A DNA stretch of 64,000 nt, taken from Phoronis australis. Lineage: Eukaryota > Animalia > Phoronida. Below the pieces are notes generated by a model. The model did not search any database and was not told the origin of the DNA. It saw only the letters and a list, made by a program, of their open reading frames with translations. Below are positions 27,701 to 42,700 of the stretch, one piece after another. The stretch is from assembly GCA_002633005.1 (NCBI GenBank), contig NMRA01000377.1:316982-380981 (forward strand), written 5' to 3'. The translations under genes were made by a program, and so were the position numbers. Each line of letters starts with the position of its first letter. Positions within the stretch are counted from its first letter, which is position 1.

Positions 27701-30700
27701 GTGCAACCAGACAACGGGCAGAAAGATGTGTAACAAAGGGTGGACAGGAGAGCACTGTGACCTACCGTCGAAGGAATTCGAAAATTGTACAGCAGGTATG
27801 AATTTGAATTAACAGAAAAACTTAAGATAAGGTCAAGCTGAAACATGACGGGTTGAAAATGTCGTTGCTGCAGTTCATGCAGGCTTTCAGTGAGCTCATT
27901 GGTTTGAAAGACAAACTCCAGACCGCGTAGAGACGAAATCGGTTCTACGATAGTGAGGCGTGTGAGACCAAAGTTACCAATATTTTCCTTTAACAGTCAT
28001 CCCCGTGAACTTCAGCTTCTGGTCATGCGCACACGGTAATCTTAAACTTTAATTTTTGCCCGGCGTTTTCAGTTTTCCACCGGCAAAATCAATAGTTCTC
28101 CCTAGACCAGGGATCTTCGAACAAGACCTCTGGGGCCGGAAAATTTCGGAAACTTTCAATTTACCGAAATGACAGCGTCCATAAAGAGCTCCCAGGGGTT
28201 CTTTCGGAAAATAGAGATGGCACTCGACACCCACGGTACTCTCAGTGGGCTATGTTGAAAGAGGAAGTTTTTTCTTGCTCAGCAGTTTGTCTACAGTGTG
28301 AGACGTCTGAAGACACTTTTTTGACCTACGCGTCACTACGCATGTGTCAAGTTCGACAACATATGTAATAACAGAGGGTTCTTTTAATTGAAATGAGATG
28401 AATTGAAAAACTTCAACATTCTTAGAAAGATAAAAATGAGAGAATAATTTCACCTTAGCCCACACATTTCACTCTGTATTCGAAATATAAAACGACACCA
28501 AAAGAACCCGCACAATGGCCTTTTCGAACTTAATTGTTTCCAACAGGAGGGCGGTCGAGTCTTTGTTGGTGAGGTCCCTAGTCCTAAATCCCGGATACGG
28601 CATTAATTGACCTAGGGCTCTGTTGCGTATGGTGTCACCTATAAGCAGTCTCTTATTTGATATTAATTACAGGTTTCGGGTGTTTGAACGACGGACAGTG
28701 CGTCCCTTATCTAAACAGCTTCTACTGCTGCTGCAAACCAGGATGGAAAGGACCTCTCTGTGGTGAAGTCGCGCCAACAACAGCGTCTACGACAACAACT
28801 AAACTGGTGACGTCAGCATCCGGCTACACTGTCACTGTGACCACGTGGGTGAACCCAAGTCTTCATGCTGATATCGCGACCGGAATTCGTTTCGCCTGGG
28901 TTTTCACCAACGGTCTGAATTTACCCAACCTCGCTATCACAATCGACAGCGTGGATTTTGCCTACGGATCTAACGCGTAAGCGTTTTACTTATAATTCCT
29001 TATGAAATGTCTGTGATTAAAGAAGAATAGTGGCTGTCTGACACAACTTACCTAAAACGATAGGCACTTTTCAATCTGTTCGTAGCCAACAAAATCATTA
29101 AGCGACAGTTATACTTCTCTTGTATCGTCGCTAATTATTTCCTACACTGTACTTGTACCGTACAGAACGTTTTTGTGTCCTTTCACTGGGGCAGGATCAT
29201 GACGTCCTTACCAACTGGTATGCGGCCCTTAGGTTGGGAGCGAAAATTTCCAAATTGATATGCACCATTTGACACTGCAGGTTGGACAGACGAAGTGCTA
29301 GTGTATAGTATTTTCTACCCAACACGATTAGAAAGGCTCAGTAGCCGGACTAGGAAAAGTACAACGTATAGGATCTGAGAACCATTTTCTAAATAAACGG
29401 CATTTGCAGTTTTAAATATTTCTTCCTTAAATATAGACATTTATTGTTTATCTATAATAACAATAATAATTATTGTTGGGTTCCCGTGGCCATTACAAAA
29501 ACCTTCGGGTAGGTGATGCTATAGATTTATTTTGGAGTCCAGCAGATTCACCACCATACTACGTCTTGTGGCCTTCATTAGCTTATAAATTCAGTCAGTC
29601 GAGACTTTCTACTCGGAGTCCGAGATAGTGAGGCCAGATGCATTGTTGTTTAGTTCTGTTTTCACCACTTCTTTCAGCAACAAGGTTTCAGTGGTGACGT
29701 ATACAGTACAACTGAAGAATCTGAACGTTGGGGTCGCTTCCCTGAAAACTCCGAGCAACATACGGTTAACTGACACCATTGCCGCTCTCACACAGCCCCA
29801 AATCACTGTTTACATGGGTACGAACGTGACGAAGCTGTCGAGAAGCAAGTATGAGGCTACAATTAGTGGGGTAGTCACAAAAGAGACCATTGTCATATCA
29901 TGGGAAAACACATACCCAGGTGAGGAAACTCTGAATATAACGAGTTATAAAGTAGACCAACATAGGGTGCGAAGGAATTCCCCTTACCTCCCTAATTTTG
30001 ATCACAATCAGAGACCTTTTTCCCGATCCTGGCACTTGGTGATATCCATTCTAAACGAGAACCAACAAGAGCACGAGAGGAATGCCACGTACGTTATCAA
30101 ACAGGACGTTGTTATGACAACCAGTTTGCCGGCTCTCCGTAGATGCAAGAATTTCTTAGATGCTGGGTCACGCAAACTCACCCCAGTGAAAAGCAAGTCT
30201 TTACTGGCGTACCCTAGTAAAATGACGGCCACAGAAGTGACTTGTTGGTGACGTTGGGATGTTGAATCGTTTGATAGAATTGTCTGTTTCCATAAGCGAC
30301 GTTTTTCGCCATAAGGGCTTCGCGAGTGCTGCGGTCTATGGAACGCAGCCTTGTTTACGCATACGCTTGTAGCCTACGCAACTTATGATTGGCGGATTTT
30401 GACTTTGGTGATACCGTATTTTTGGTATACAATCATACCTACTCTTGTCCGTCCGCAGGTTCCGTAACGAAAACATTTTCTCATTCAAATATCAATTATG
30501 GTGTACGCCTACTCGCAAATAGGTCTTTGATTGAGTGAGCTTTTTGGCAATCATAGAAGCCATGGTTCCAAAGATGTCTAAAAGAACTTGTATTGCAGCG
30601 AAGTTTCGCACTAAAATGCAGTTCATTCATAATATTCTTGTAGGAAATGGAAAACCAGAATGGGGTCGCCTCCACAGATATGACTGGAGACTGTCAATTT

Positions 30701-33700
30701 AAATCTACCAAAAAGACGTGCCATATTGAATAATGTTATCGTTTAGTTTGACGCTCGTCATCGACGGGGTGCGCTCTAGGAGTAGGGTCTACCGCTCGTG
30801 ACGTGTAAAGGGCTTTTACACGTGCACATGAATCAGCATAAAAAGATGCAAACGTGCCTTGTAAAGCCTGTTTCAAACAGTTTTTGACTAACAGGTCTCG
30901 TGAAGCAGCTGAACTCGAGTTATCCAGTTCATAAAAACACGTAAGGAGCTGACCACGAACCACGCCCATTTCGTTCAACAGGTCAAATAGTAGTAAGACA
31001 CAAAGGAAGCTTTTCTCTTTGACAACAAATGTACTCACAGACGCCTAGCATTTCTGTACCAGATCCATATTTATGTGCTTTGAACTGTGCAGAGGTGCGT
31101 CCCGGACACGCAAGAAATTCTCCAGGCACTGCTTGCGGCGGGAAATCTTCACAAATGAAACAGAAACAGAGAATTCTAACCATAGTTCAACAACCCATTT
31201 TTGCCGTCCAATCACACTAGTGGTCGCCACTTTGTTGATATACGCTATAAGCTGAGCTCACGAACATACTGGCGAAATGCTCGCGTGATTTGCCTGGTAT
31301 TGCGTGATCGTGCATTTTCGCGAGTGCCTTGAGTCTACGGAACGCACCCCCGATATGCTTTACGTTTGACAAAAAGTTTGATAAAAAATCGAGAGCTTGT
31401 TTCAGAACGGTTCAAGTTAGAATATTTTCTCAGCCTCGTACTATTCGAGACATGATTGGTCGTGTACCAAGTTTACTGTTTACCCAATATTTTGCAAATA
31501 AACTTTGGTATCTTTGCAGAATACAAAGAGTGCAGCTGCCTGACTGTAGAGATTTCCAAGCTATCAGTAATGTAAGTGAAACGTCAAAGGAATAGGACGC
31601 AAGGATATAAGATCGTCACAAACGAGAGTCCCACAATGAATGAGCATAAGGGCCGCCGCAGACGGATAGCTACGAGCTGAGATGCGTGTCTCAAGTGAAA
31701 TTTACCTCACGTCATTGTTACCCGCACACAGCGAGGCAAAATGCTCACTCACTTGACAACTATGTTCGTAAAAATCAACGAAAATGTAGTAAAACCTATT
31801 ACAATGAGCGAGCGAGAGATTTGTTTTTGCCAGATGATGCAATAATTAGTTTGTGTTGGTTACCGAGCACTTGGCTCCTCTCGCCTGCACATTATGAGAA
31901 TCTACGTTCACCAGGTAAATGAAATGCAGCAAGTGAAACAAAATCCTGGCTCATTTTGCCACGGACGTGAGCTACGAGCTGAGTTCATTTAGCATTTGGG
32001 GCGTGTAACTCTCCGTCTGTGCTGGGCTTTGGGGAAGGCCTTCCTCTGTAACAACAGCATGGATGTGACTGAGCAGGGCTCTGGGGCACTTGGTCCCTTG
32101 TCGATCCGAGCCGGTATTTCAACACGATGTTAAAATGCAAGTTCAAGCTATTTCATTTTTATTTAAAAAGTGAGAATTCGAGTTGTTTTGGGTTAATAAT
32201 CGAGGCTATCTTCTGTTGTAGAACAAACGTGTTGTTAGTTTGAATTTTTAACGTCCGAGTTTGTAATTTGTCATAGAAAAATCTATATTGCTGTCACGAT
32301 AATTCGATTACAGGAACATTATTAACGAGAAATGTAATTTACTGAGATAAGTCCCAGCGCGGAATCGCCAAGCCTCTGCAGTCGCAGCCTAACGCTAGGC
32401 TGGCAGAGCTGACACCACTCGTCAAATGGCAAAGTATTTTTAAGCGTATTCAACCGGTAAATACACTTGCTTTGATTTCAGAGGACAGCCTCGAGAATGG
32501 ACAGTTCGTAATAAAGTCACAAAACACAACAGACTTTGTTGTTTTATACCTTTGGTCAAGGCTGAAAGCTTAAAGAAATCTATTCCATTCGATAATAATA
32601 CCCAACATGCGTTTTCGGCCGTAAAACGAATGACGTGTACCCGAGTGATAACCGAAGTCTTACTACACACGTTTTAGTCAGTATTCTTGTGGATATATTT
32701 CAGCAACTCTTTCACTGTGCTCGAGTACTATGTAGTCGTAAATGAGACGCTCTTAACAAAGGCAGAGAAGGCTGCTCCAGTGTCTTATGTTACCAAGCAA
32801 CCTCTAACGACCACTACTCTGAAAACCACCACTGGACTGCTTACTACGACTGAGCCGCTAACTACGACTGTGCCACCGACTACGACGGAACTCTTGAGGA
32901 TAGCCAAATACTCCATACGAGTAAACTCTTGGGTGACGACGACCGACAACGACAAATTGGCTGAAGACCTAGAGAATGCTTGGCTATACTCTAACAGGCT
33001 GAAATATAAAGACATCCAGATAAAGATTACAATTGAACACGTTGAATTTGCATTCGGTGTTGACCAGTAAGTTTGCGAAACAAGAGCCAAAATACTTAAA
33101 ATCAGTGAAGTGCACAAAAATCTTTTCCACCATGTTCACTGTTTAATCATGAACCAAATTTGTCTCAATGAGATCAGTTTACTAAGTGCATTGTAAAGGA
33201 CTTCACTAAAGTATTTTTCCGAATATTCATAAGCTAGATAAATGCATCATATTGTTACCTTTCCGATTTAACCACTACCAAATGCGAAGAAAAATACAAG
33301 GTTCGAGTGAGAAGCCATTGACTTGCATTTCAGACAAAGAGTTTCGATAATCAGCTATATTCTGGAAGTGTTGAACAAAGATATTGGTGTCAAGGATCTT
33401 CAACCAGCATCGGAACTGTTACTGGACATTTTAGTGGGCATCAGCTTTCCCATCTACAACAACGAGAGTATAACTTCTCTCACGTCTAACAACTACAAGC
33501 TCACAATTGGAGGTGTTGTGACGGAGGAGACGATCAGGTTGTCATGGGAGAATGCGTACGCGGGTAAGATTCAAGAATGTAACCTGTCGTTCAGTTTCCA
33601 TAGACTTCACTCATCAGCCACTGATCACTTCATGAAACACAAACTTGTGGCCGAGTAATTTAAAAAAATGTAACAAGGATAACATCTTCAGTGCCCATAG

Positions 33701-36700
33701 AGAGATAAATAATATATTTCGCTATTTAATTCTTGAAGGAATGCAATCATAATTTAACACAAAACAGAATTATTTGCAGTTGGCAAGGGGACCTCTAAAG
33801 GCTTACAAGACTCTTAGGTAGAGTCCACATTTAGTGTCCTATAATGCAATGTACAGCTAATTGTCTACAACTATAGCAGTATTATACAGACAAAAATGTG
33901 CAGCTTACAAGTTAAACATTCTTCTGTGAACAGAATGAAATAAGCGTAATGAACACAACAGTAGATCTGTCAACTAAAACATTACTGCAACTAACTGCTT
34001 ACATTTATTGAAGTGACCTGAAGGGAAGGGATGAAAATGACTTTAGCGAGCACATGAGAGGTTATGACAGTCATAGATGTAACATTTAGTGTTGTTCAAC
34101 GCAAGTGAAGCAGTTAGATACTCTGCGACCCATATCATATATTGATGTGAGTTTTTAGACAGAAAAGTCATTGAATGATTGAGTGATAATTTGAGTATGT
34201 GAAATCCAAGTACCGCGTTTCGTGAAGGTTCTCAGCTCATTCTTAGCTCTGACCCACTCTCTTTAATGCTCTTCGAGCACAAGAGTGCATAAAAATTATA
34301 TATGCATACACATCCGCAACACCTCGTTGGTGTGTATGATCGAACTTTGTTCATGAGAGAAAAGCGGAAATCTGGTCAAAAGACATGTAAATTCGTGGCT
34401 TCAAAAGTCGTACACGAATAGCCATAATTTTGTACCCTTAGTCTACCTTATACATTTAACTGTTTTTTGATCCGGTTATCACAAAGTATCCCGGCCCATT
34501 TTGTGAGTCGTATGAGTAAATACAATGATATGAAACACCTCCGAGAGTTAACTTGAGGCTGTGAAAATACTCGAAGTTTACCGGATGCTCCGTGGGATAA
34601 TTTGAGACCACTAAAATATTCGTGGTTTTCCGGATGATACATCTAGTTCCTGAAGTACCAGAGGTGTTCCGGATTCCCCGAGACATAATTTGAGGCCACG
34701 AAAATACCCGAGGTGTTTCGGATGCTCCGTGGAACAATTTGAGGCAATGAAAATATCCGTGGTGTTCCCGATGTTACATATAGGTACGGAAATACCCAAG
34801 GTGTTACGGATATTCGGAGGGATAATCGAGACCACGAAAATACAAGGGGTTCTTTGGATGATGTCTATAGTCCGCTAGCGAACACAACCATCTTCCAACT
34901 CCGGCCTCACAAGTGGCGAGTCCGTTGGCCAGCATCTGTGCTACACTGTATTCCTAATAAAAGTATTAGTAAAGAGTTATATGCCAAAAACGAGTGGCCT
35001 TTGAACAAGAATTGTACAGCCACAAATCGTGGTTAGCCACGTAGACCATTATTTAACAAATCCTAATTTAAATGAATACGTCATTATATTTCAGAGTACA
35101 AGAACTGCAGCTGTTTGAAGATACTGATTTCTAATCTGAAGATTGTGTAAGTAGTTTCGCTCTCGCGAAAATATTCTACGCTTGGAATTTCAATCTAGAT
35201 CAAATGTTGGGATCAGAAATTTTCCACCACACTTATTTTTTGTTTCAAACTTCTAATATTACAGCAACTACGTTACCGAAGTCGAATATTTTGTCATCAT
35301 TAATGACGGGAAGTTACTGAATGTCAGCCAGACAACACCTCCGGCTACGATGATAACAGAAAGACCTCTAACGACACCTGTACGAAGCACTGCAATGACA
35401 ACGGAATCGACAACCTCAGGAGAGACATCAGCGCCCCCACCTACTGCTTCCTCAGTTACAACTACAACAGTCTCACAACCGGACACAACAATAAAACGGG
35501 AGACAACCGAAGAGAGTACCACGTCGGCGAAAGCAACAATTTCTAACCCGGCAAGCACAAATGGAAGATTATCAACGGTATTGGTGCCTGAGACAACACT
35601 TGGACAAGAAACAACAGGCAGTGCTACAACACCTACAACGTCTATTGGGTTAACATCGACAGAGACAAATACAGCGATGCCTACAGTCGTGAGAACTGGA
35701 GAACCCATATACCTTTTGAAATGGATTGAGGTCCACAACCTTCAGCTCATTGAAAATGCTATCTTGGTGGCATGGAAAGAGGTCAACCCCACCTTTACAG
35801 AATCAAACATTAACATTGTAATAACAGGCACAGAGAACTCGTACGGAGAAAATGGGTAAGTAGGCATCCACGTAATATTTTACTTATAAAAAATCTATAG
35901 TTTTACAAAATTATGTCAGTCAAGCTCTTGAATTTCTTTATTTTTATTAATTTGGGCGTGTTTCAAACTATAAATCACCATTGCGAGCCGGCAGTGATAA
36001 GTGGAAGAACGTTGGGAAATGAATGCATCCCTTGCAAAATCATTTCCCGTTTCTCTTCATTTAAAGCATGTGTAAGAACAACCTTGAAAAGAAAACCAGG
36101 AAGTAATATGTTACCACAGAAGAAACTCACGTGACTACCCGCCGTCAAGTCTCTCGGCCGACTCTATTTGCTTTAAAATTTGTATTAACATCTCGCCAAC
36201 GACAACATTTCGTGAGAGGTTTGACCAAACTGAACTACGATCTGATTTATATGTTGCAAAAGAAGAAAACCGTGCGTAGTGATCTACGTTCCGATTTGTA
36301 TGCGTATTTCAACACATAGTCTCGTTTTCGAAATGTCCATAACACTCAAACGTAACTAGAGGGGATATGAATGACTAACTACCGACAACTATAAAGTATT
36401 AAAACTAACTGCAACTACTCTTTTTACCGTAAGTTCTATGCCATTGGAGTGGAACATTTTCAATTGATGATATCCTTTGGAAAATTGTCATGAAGGCTTT
36501 AGAAACAAATTATTATATTCTTGTCGCTCATGGCGGACACAATTTTCTGTAGTTGTGTAATTGCAAACTGTAATTGATTTGTGCTAAACCTTTTTGCGTC
36601 CTTACACTTAAGTTTTGATGAAGGGAAAAAGCTCACCATTAACGACTTTTATGTAATCGCCTGTTTCGAACTACTTGTTGTGCAATATCCAAACCCAAAC

Positions 36701-39700
36701 TACCATACATCCAAACAATTTTACAAATAACCTGCTACTTCGGTCTTTGGAACGTGTATAACATTATGTACAATATAACTGGAAACCTACATGCATGTCG
36801 TAAATGTTCTAATTCAAAACTGTATTATTGTAGTGTTCAGCTGACCATCATCCACTATAAGGTGGAGATTTTTGGTCATGGAATCGACGTCACCAAGATC
36901 AGCACACCGTCAACAGATGTCGTAACTAGAGTGCTACTGGTCCTTTTGGTGGATGTTACAGTCTACACCGGCAGCGTTGTCCCGAGACCAGCAATCTGTC
37001 GCTATGAACTTACCACATCCGGCGTGGTCACTAAAACGAGTATCCTGGAAGCCTGGCTCACCACATTTCCCCGTACGTTGTCGATTTCATGCATACCTTC
37101 GTTAAAGGAACATTTCCTATTTACTCACTAACGAAAACGAGTTCTAAACCACGAAATTTGTTATATTAAGAATTGTTTGACTAAATCAAATTCTTATCTT
37201 AAATTGCATTCCACGAAATAATGATATCTTAAATTCGTATTTTAATTTAAAGAAACATCGACCTCTATGTTAAGTCTGTTTTAAGAAGGAAACTGGCGTT
37301 CTGTCCCTTAACCACCCATAATGTGATTCAAACCTTTGCTTACCACGGCTGAAGACTTTTATTCTAAGCAAGCAGGTTAATAGCAGTGCACGGAAAACGA
37401 GTGCTAAACTGTCATGATAATGAGCGGGTGGGATTAGTCAATCCTTCCAACAATAGACTGTTTTTTGCCGTTCTTTTTAAAATTATGGGACCCGTTCGTT
37501 AGACGTTATCAGCTTAGAATTTCCCTGTTCAGGCAAAACTGAAGAGCAAATGCACTTTTCACTATGTACTTTGCAGTGCCACTTATTCTGTGGTCGTTAG
37601 CTTGAGCAATAAGTAGCTTCGGAATGCAATTCGGCAGCTAATGAACTGGGCGTTAATCAGCCCTGCTTATACTTTTCAGAGTACAAGAACTGCGGTTGTT
37701 TGGATATCGAGATCCTTACGATGGACATAACGTAAGTAACGTCGGCTTGGATATCATAATGCATTAGACCTTGTATGTATAAAATAATATTTTAAGCCAG
37801 TGTTTGATTTAAGTATCAGCCGCCGACTTTCTAAAAGTCTATTTCTCATAACGAACGAGAATTTGGCATTATCTTTCTTACCTCACTTTATGACGCAATA
37901 ATCCCAACTCATTTAGATTGAGTGTTGATCGGATGAAGAGTGTTGCGCAGTTTGCTGCCGACTTGATATATGCCGATATTTGCCCCTTTATGTTCGTTTA
38001 CAATCTTTTCATTTGCACAATGGAGCTGATGCCGTTGGCAATAAATTATAAAGAGATATTTGTCACACACTAATTAATACAACTATCCAACTACATATCA
38101 TCTGTAGCTTCTTTCCTCTCTGTTTTTCAATTGTTCCCAAAACGCACGGAAGCTCCATATAAACAACTGTGCGAACGCAGAACATTTTTTAGGACTGTCA
38201 GCAGTATGGTACAATGCTAGAGGTCTTGAAGGCAATACATTGCCATAACGGTGAGTCCCAAAGTTTTCGTGGTTGCGTATGTGAATTAAATGATCGCCTA
38301 TAATTAATAATTATGAACTATTTCGTAATCTATTTCAGAAAAACACAGACGATCGTAACGTATTTTGTGCTTGTCAACGGCACTGCCCTCAACTCCACAT
38401 CGAATCCTCCACCTACTGAATTTGTGACACAAACATATGTTCCGACTACCACGTCATCCGTCACTGGCACATACAACCAATCGGCATACTATACCTCTAC
38501 CACAGCTCTACCAACAACGCCTCCTACGGCAGTTGACGTCATTACCAACCAAACGATAACTCTTTTAGGTTGGAAGACTGATTTAACTGTTATCGAACGA
38601 GCTATTATGACGGCATGGTTTGAGGTCAACGCCGTTTCACTGTTCGACTTCCGAGTCAAGATCACTAAAATAGAAAAAGTAATTGGAAATAATGGGTAAG
38701 TATCCTATTTGCTATTATGTAACAACTTTTCAAACACAATTTCGAATTTTGGCAAAAGTCGGGATGCTGAGAGCTGTTAAACTGGACTCTGTTTTTTCCT
38801 TTAACCGACAAAATAATTATTTTTAGGCTTACTTTTTGTAACAGGAGGCGTTTACAATTTTTACTAGTTAGGTACTGACACAGTGTAACCAAAGACCAGG
38901 TATCTTATGACATTCTCTATTTATCTTCATTTGCAGAGTTCAAGTTGTCGACGTGGTGTACAAGATTGACGTCTTCACCGCAAATGTTACGCTTTCAATT
39001 CCAAGTTTAGAGGTTTTAAAGAAAAGTTTGACCATTTCCAACGTCAAGACCTACGTCGGAGGATTAACAAAACGGGACAAATACGCTTACGAGTTAACGA
39101 TCAAGGAAACGGTTACTGTAGACTACATCGTGAGTTTGTGGGAGGAAACTTACACTGGTACGACTTTGCTGTTGTTAATGTTCAGCTAAAATGTTATCTA
39201 GGCGAGAAACAAGTTTCTGTTTTAAAAAGTGGATTCTTTGCCTTACGAAGCACTAGAATTAATGCTGTCTAATTCACATTTGCAAAGTTCATTTAATAAA
39301 GGCTAGTTTTCGTTTTTTAATGCTACCTTCATTTGATGCACTTGACTGACGGTTTAGACGGGGCAACTGCCTGAAACGTCTGATTGGTCTATGAGCTGAA
39401 AATCAGCATCCAGAACAAATCATACATGTATGTTGTAGCCGGCTGATCGGCATATTAAGGACTGGCGTGATAATTATGGTAGTGATCATTGATAATAACG
39501 TCATGCTCTTTGACAACTGTAAATTAACTTACCTTTCAAGCTGCAATCAACGTGTCTACTTTGATTTAGAAAATGCCTTGAATGCTTGTCTCGTTTTTAG
39601 AATTGAAGGGATGTGGCTGCGTGGAAATTGACATATCATCCGAGTCCCTAAACGTGTAAGTCCATTTTCAAATCACATGTCTTAAAGCGCACCAACGCGC

Positions 39701-42700
39701 TTACTTTTCGATTTTTATTTTGCAACTCCATTGTTTATAATTGGAACGTAAGCTCGTCTGAGTCAGATTTTTCATACCTTATCGGTTTCGTAATCACGAT
39801 GATAAATGACCTCGATCAACATTGTTATTTTTCAGCACCACGGGTTTGACTACTGTTGTATATTTCGTTACAATCAATCAGACAACAATGAACCCATCCA
39901 TTAAACAGCCTCCATCTACGAATTTTAAAGTAACAACCACTGCAGCTTTAATCAACACTACCACTACTGGCACTGCTGCTCCTCAAAGCAGCCAATCGTC
40001 TGCAATAACTATAACATCTGAGACGACGACCTGGCAATCGTCGGTTTCACAACGTCTTTCGAGCACGCTTGAATACGCGTCAACGGATGGACATTTTCAA
40101 TCAACACCCACTTTATCTCCTGGGCATCCTTCCACTACACTAATCGTGTCAGCCATGACGACAACTCAGGAAAACGTGATATCAGCATCTCCAAAAACGG
40201 AATTCACCACGGACAGTAGGCCTCCCACAAGCACCGAGGAAATTACTGAATCTATGTCAACCCAGACGCCAAAAGGTACAACCTTAAAGCCATCATTAAC
40301 GACTGAAGCAGAACTCACAACTGGTTCCTCGACAATTGCTTTCTCTCGAGAAACTGATGTCGTTAGACAGACTACCAGCGTTAGGAATGATTTGTCAACA
40401 ACTGAGGGACGAGTGACAGCGTCGCCAAGTAAAGAAACTACAACTCTTGCAGCCGTGGACAAAGTGGAAAACCTAACTATTGTTGTTCAAAAGTGGATTA
40501 ACGAGGTGGACATTGAAATCGTGAAGAAATCGCTGTTGGAATCGTGGATTCTGACTAATAAGGAGGTTCTAAACTCATCTTACGTGAGGATCAACGTTGT
40601 AGAAGTTCAAAGAGGATTCGGCGTGAACACGTAAGTTTTCCGCAATTGTTTTTTTAGTTATACAAGGCTATTTCAACTGAAGTAACTTTCTAATGGCTAG
40701 TCCTTTACCAAATTTCGAATTTCGTGTGCTCGTTCGCGACTTTTGTACTTCGTCTTACTAGATTCCGTAAGCACGTGTACCAGTAAAGGTAAGTGGCGAA
40801 GTAAGAATCAGTTTCAAGCCGACTTTAACCCGAATCGGAAAATCATTGAATTCCCTTTAAATCTGGAGACTCTGAGAAAGCACACATAACTGCTGGTTAC
40901 TGAAGTGATTTGTGAAAACAATTTTCTGACTATAATGCACTCATAATTATTTTGTTTAAAACTTTACTCAGCACTTGTAAAGTACGATAGTACGATGAAA
41001 TTTGGGTAGCAAGCCTTACGCCATTGTTTAAAAATATACAGGACCCAGATGTTCGTATCCTAACATGTTTTCCGCCATACAAGACTCATTAAAAACACAG
41101 TATTGTGAATTGCTTCTCAGTGTCGACATTAGGTTTATAAGACACAATCTGGAAATTCTGGTAACTGGTGTTTTGGTGACTGTTCAGGGATAGGTGCTAA
41201 TAAACATTTACTCTAAAATCTATGCAAATACAGTAGTGTTTGTAGAGTAAACGTGCTCGTAATGCTCTTTTGTATAACTTATGTCGCTCCAATAGTAAGG
41301 ATGCAAAGTGAATGAAGCAAACATTTCAAAAGATGAACTTTTAAGAGTTTGAGGCCTTTAATAGTTCAAAGATCAAGTGCTAATGACATTTACTCTAAAA
41401 AGCTAAGCGGAATGTGCTGTGAAGACGTAAGAAACGTGAAAAATGCAAGGTAATACCCTGCAGTACGATCAAATCACGTGATTACACTAACCTTTATCGC
41501 GGTGTCCACGGAAATGTCGGGGGTCTTTTTTAAAAAACTGACTAAAAACTTAATTCCGAATTTTATCTTGAACTCTTCACGTCTATTCCTGAATTTCACT
41601 AAGCATTGAAAGATGTTAAGTGTCTGAGAATATTTATATGACTGCCAGTTACTAAGGTAATTTTTGTAAACTTTAATTTGACTATGTTACACTCATAATT
41701 AATTGACTAAACCTTCATTCAGTAATTGCTTTTCAGTGTCGAGATAACGTACATCAGATACAATGTGGAGATTCTGGTAACTGGTGTTTTGGTGACTGAT
41801 ATAAAGGAACCTACAGCGTCAACGATAGAGCAAATAGTCAAAACATCTAATGTTACCGTAACTATCTACACCAAAGAAGTTAAGCTCACGGAATATCACT
41901 TTGTTATTTTGCTGATTGGAGATGTCACAGAAAGACGGATCCGTGAGGTCTGGGAACTACGCTACCCTCGTAAGTATCACCAACTAGCAAACGTTCCGAT
42001 TACTTGAATTTTTAACAATATATTCCAGATTAACTGGTCGTAATACTCATACTTCGTGACCTATATTATAATTTATGCTTGTGGATTTTTTCAGGTTATA
42101 TTCAGTGTAGCTGCCTTGAAATCAAGATTGTGAAAAAGACTGTTATCAAGTAAGACCCAATTTACCTAAAAACCAATCTATAGCTTACAAAAAGTATTGG
42201 ATATGTGAGTATTTACATTGTTGAACATTGTTGTTACATGTGTGTGGATGTTTGGTGACTGTTTCCTCTCAAAAATAATCTCAATACGATGTATAAGCCT
42301 GAGTTGAAACGAGTGCTAATGGATTTCAATGTAATCTGAAATGTCTCGATGGCATTACAAAAATGAAATCAAGTTTATCCTTTTTCCAGAGTGAACACCT
42401 ATGAAGTGACATACTTTGTCCTTGAGAATAACACAGTCATCGATCCTCGTATAGTAACCCCACCGACAGCTGCGAACCAATCAACACCAAGCTCTCAGAT
42501 CACAGTGACAACTCCAGAGCAAATTGGCAACTTGACAACTGCTAAGGCAATGAAGTCATCAATTGGCGTCACTGCTACTACCCAGTCCATGGAAGTCTCT
42601 ACAACTGCATTAAACACCAATGAAGTTGGAGTAACGACAGAAACAACGCCAAACGTTTTGAAAACTACAACTGTGCCAGCCGTGAACGTAATCACAAACA

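Noticed and set aside
15691-28976. Calling gene 2 the Delta (Dl/DLL1) or Jagged orthologue
   Set aside because: It has only one EGF, no DOS or vWC domain, a divergent DSL loop and an unrelated stalk and tail; no symbol assigned.
29920-30251. ORF extension past the donor at 29919 (207-aa ORF)
   Set aside because: Paralogy with other B exons ends exactly at WENTYP/G|gt; the remainder is intron read-through without homology.
30736-31255. Cluster of overlapping ORFs with a faint THAP/transposase flavour
   Set aside because: No intact C2CH or DDE motif could be identified; at most a decayed transposon fragment.
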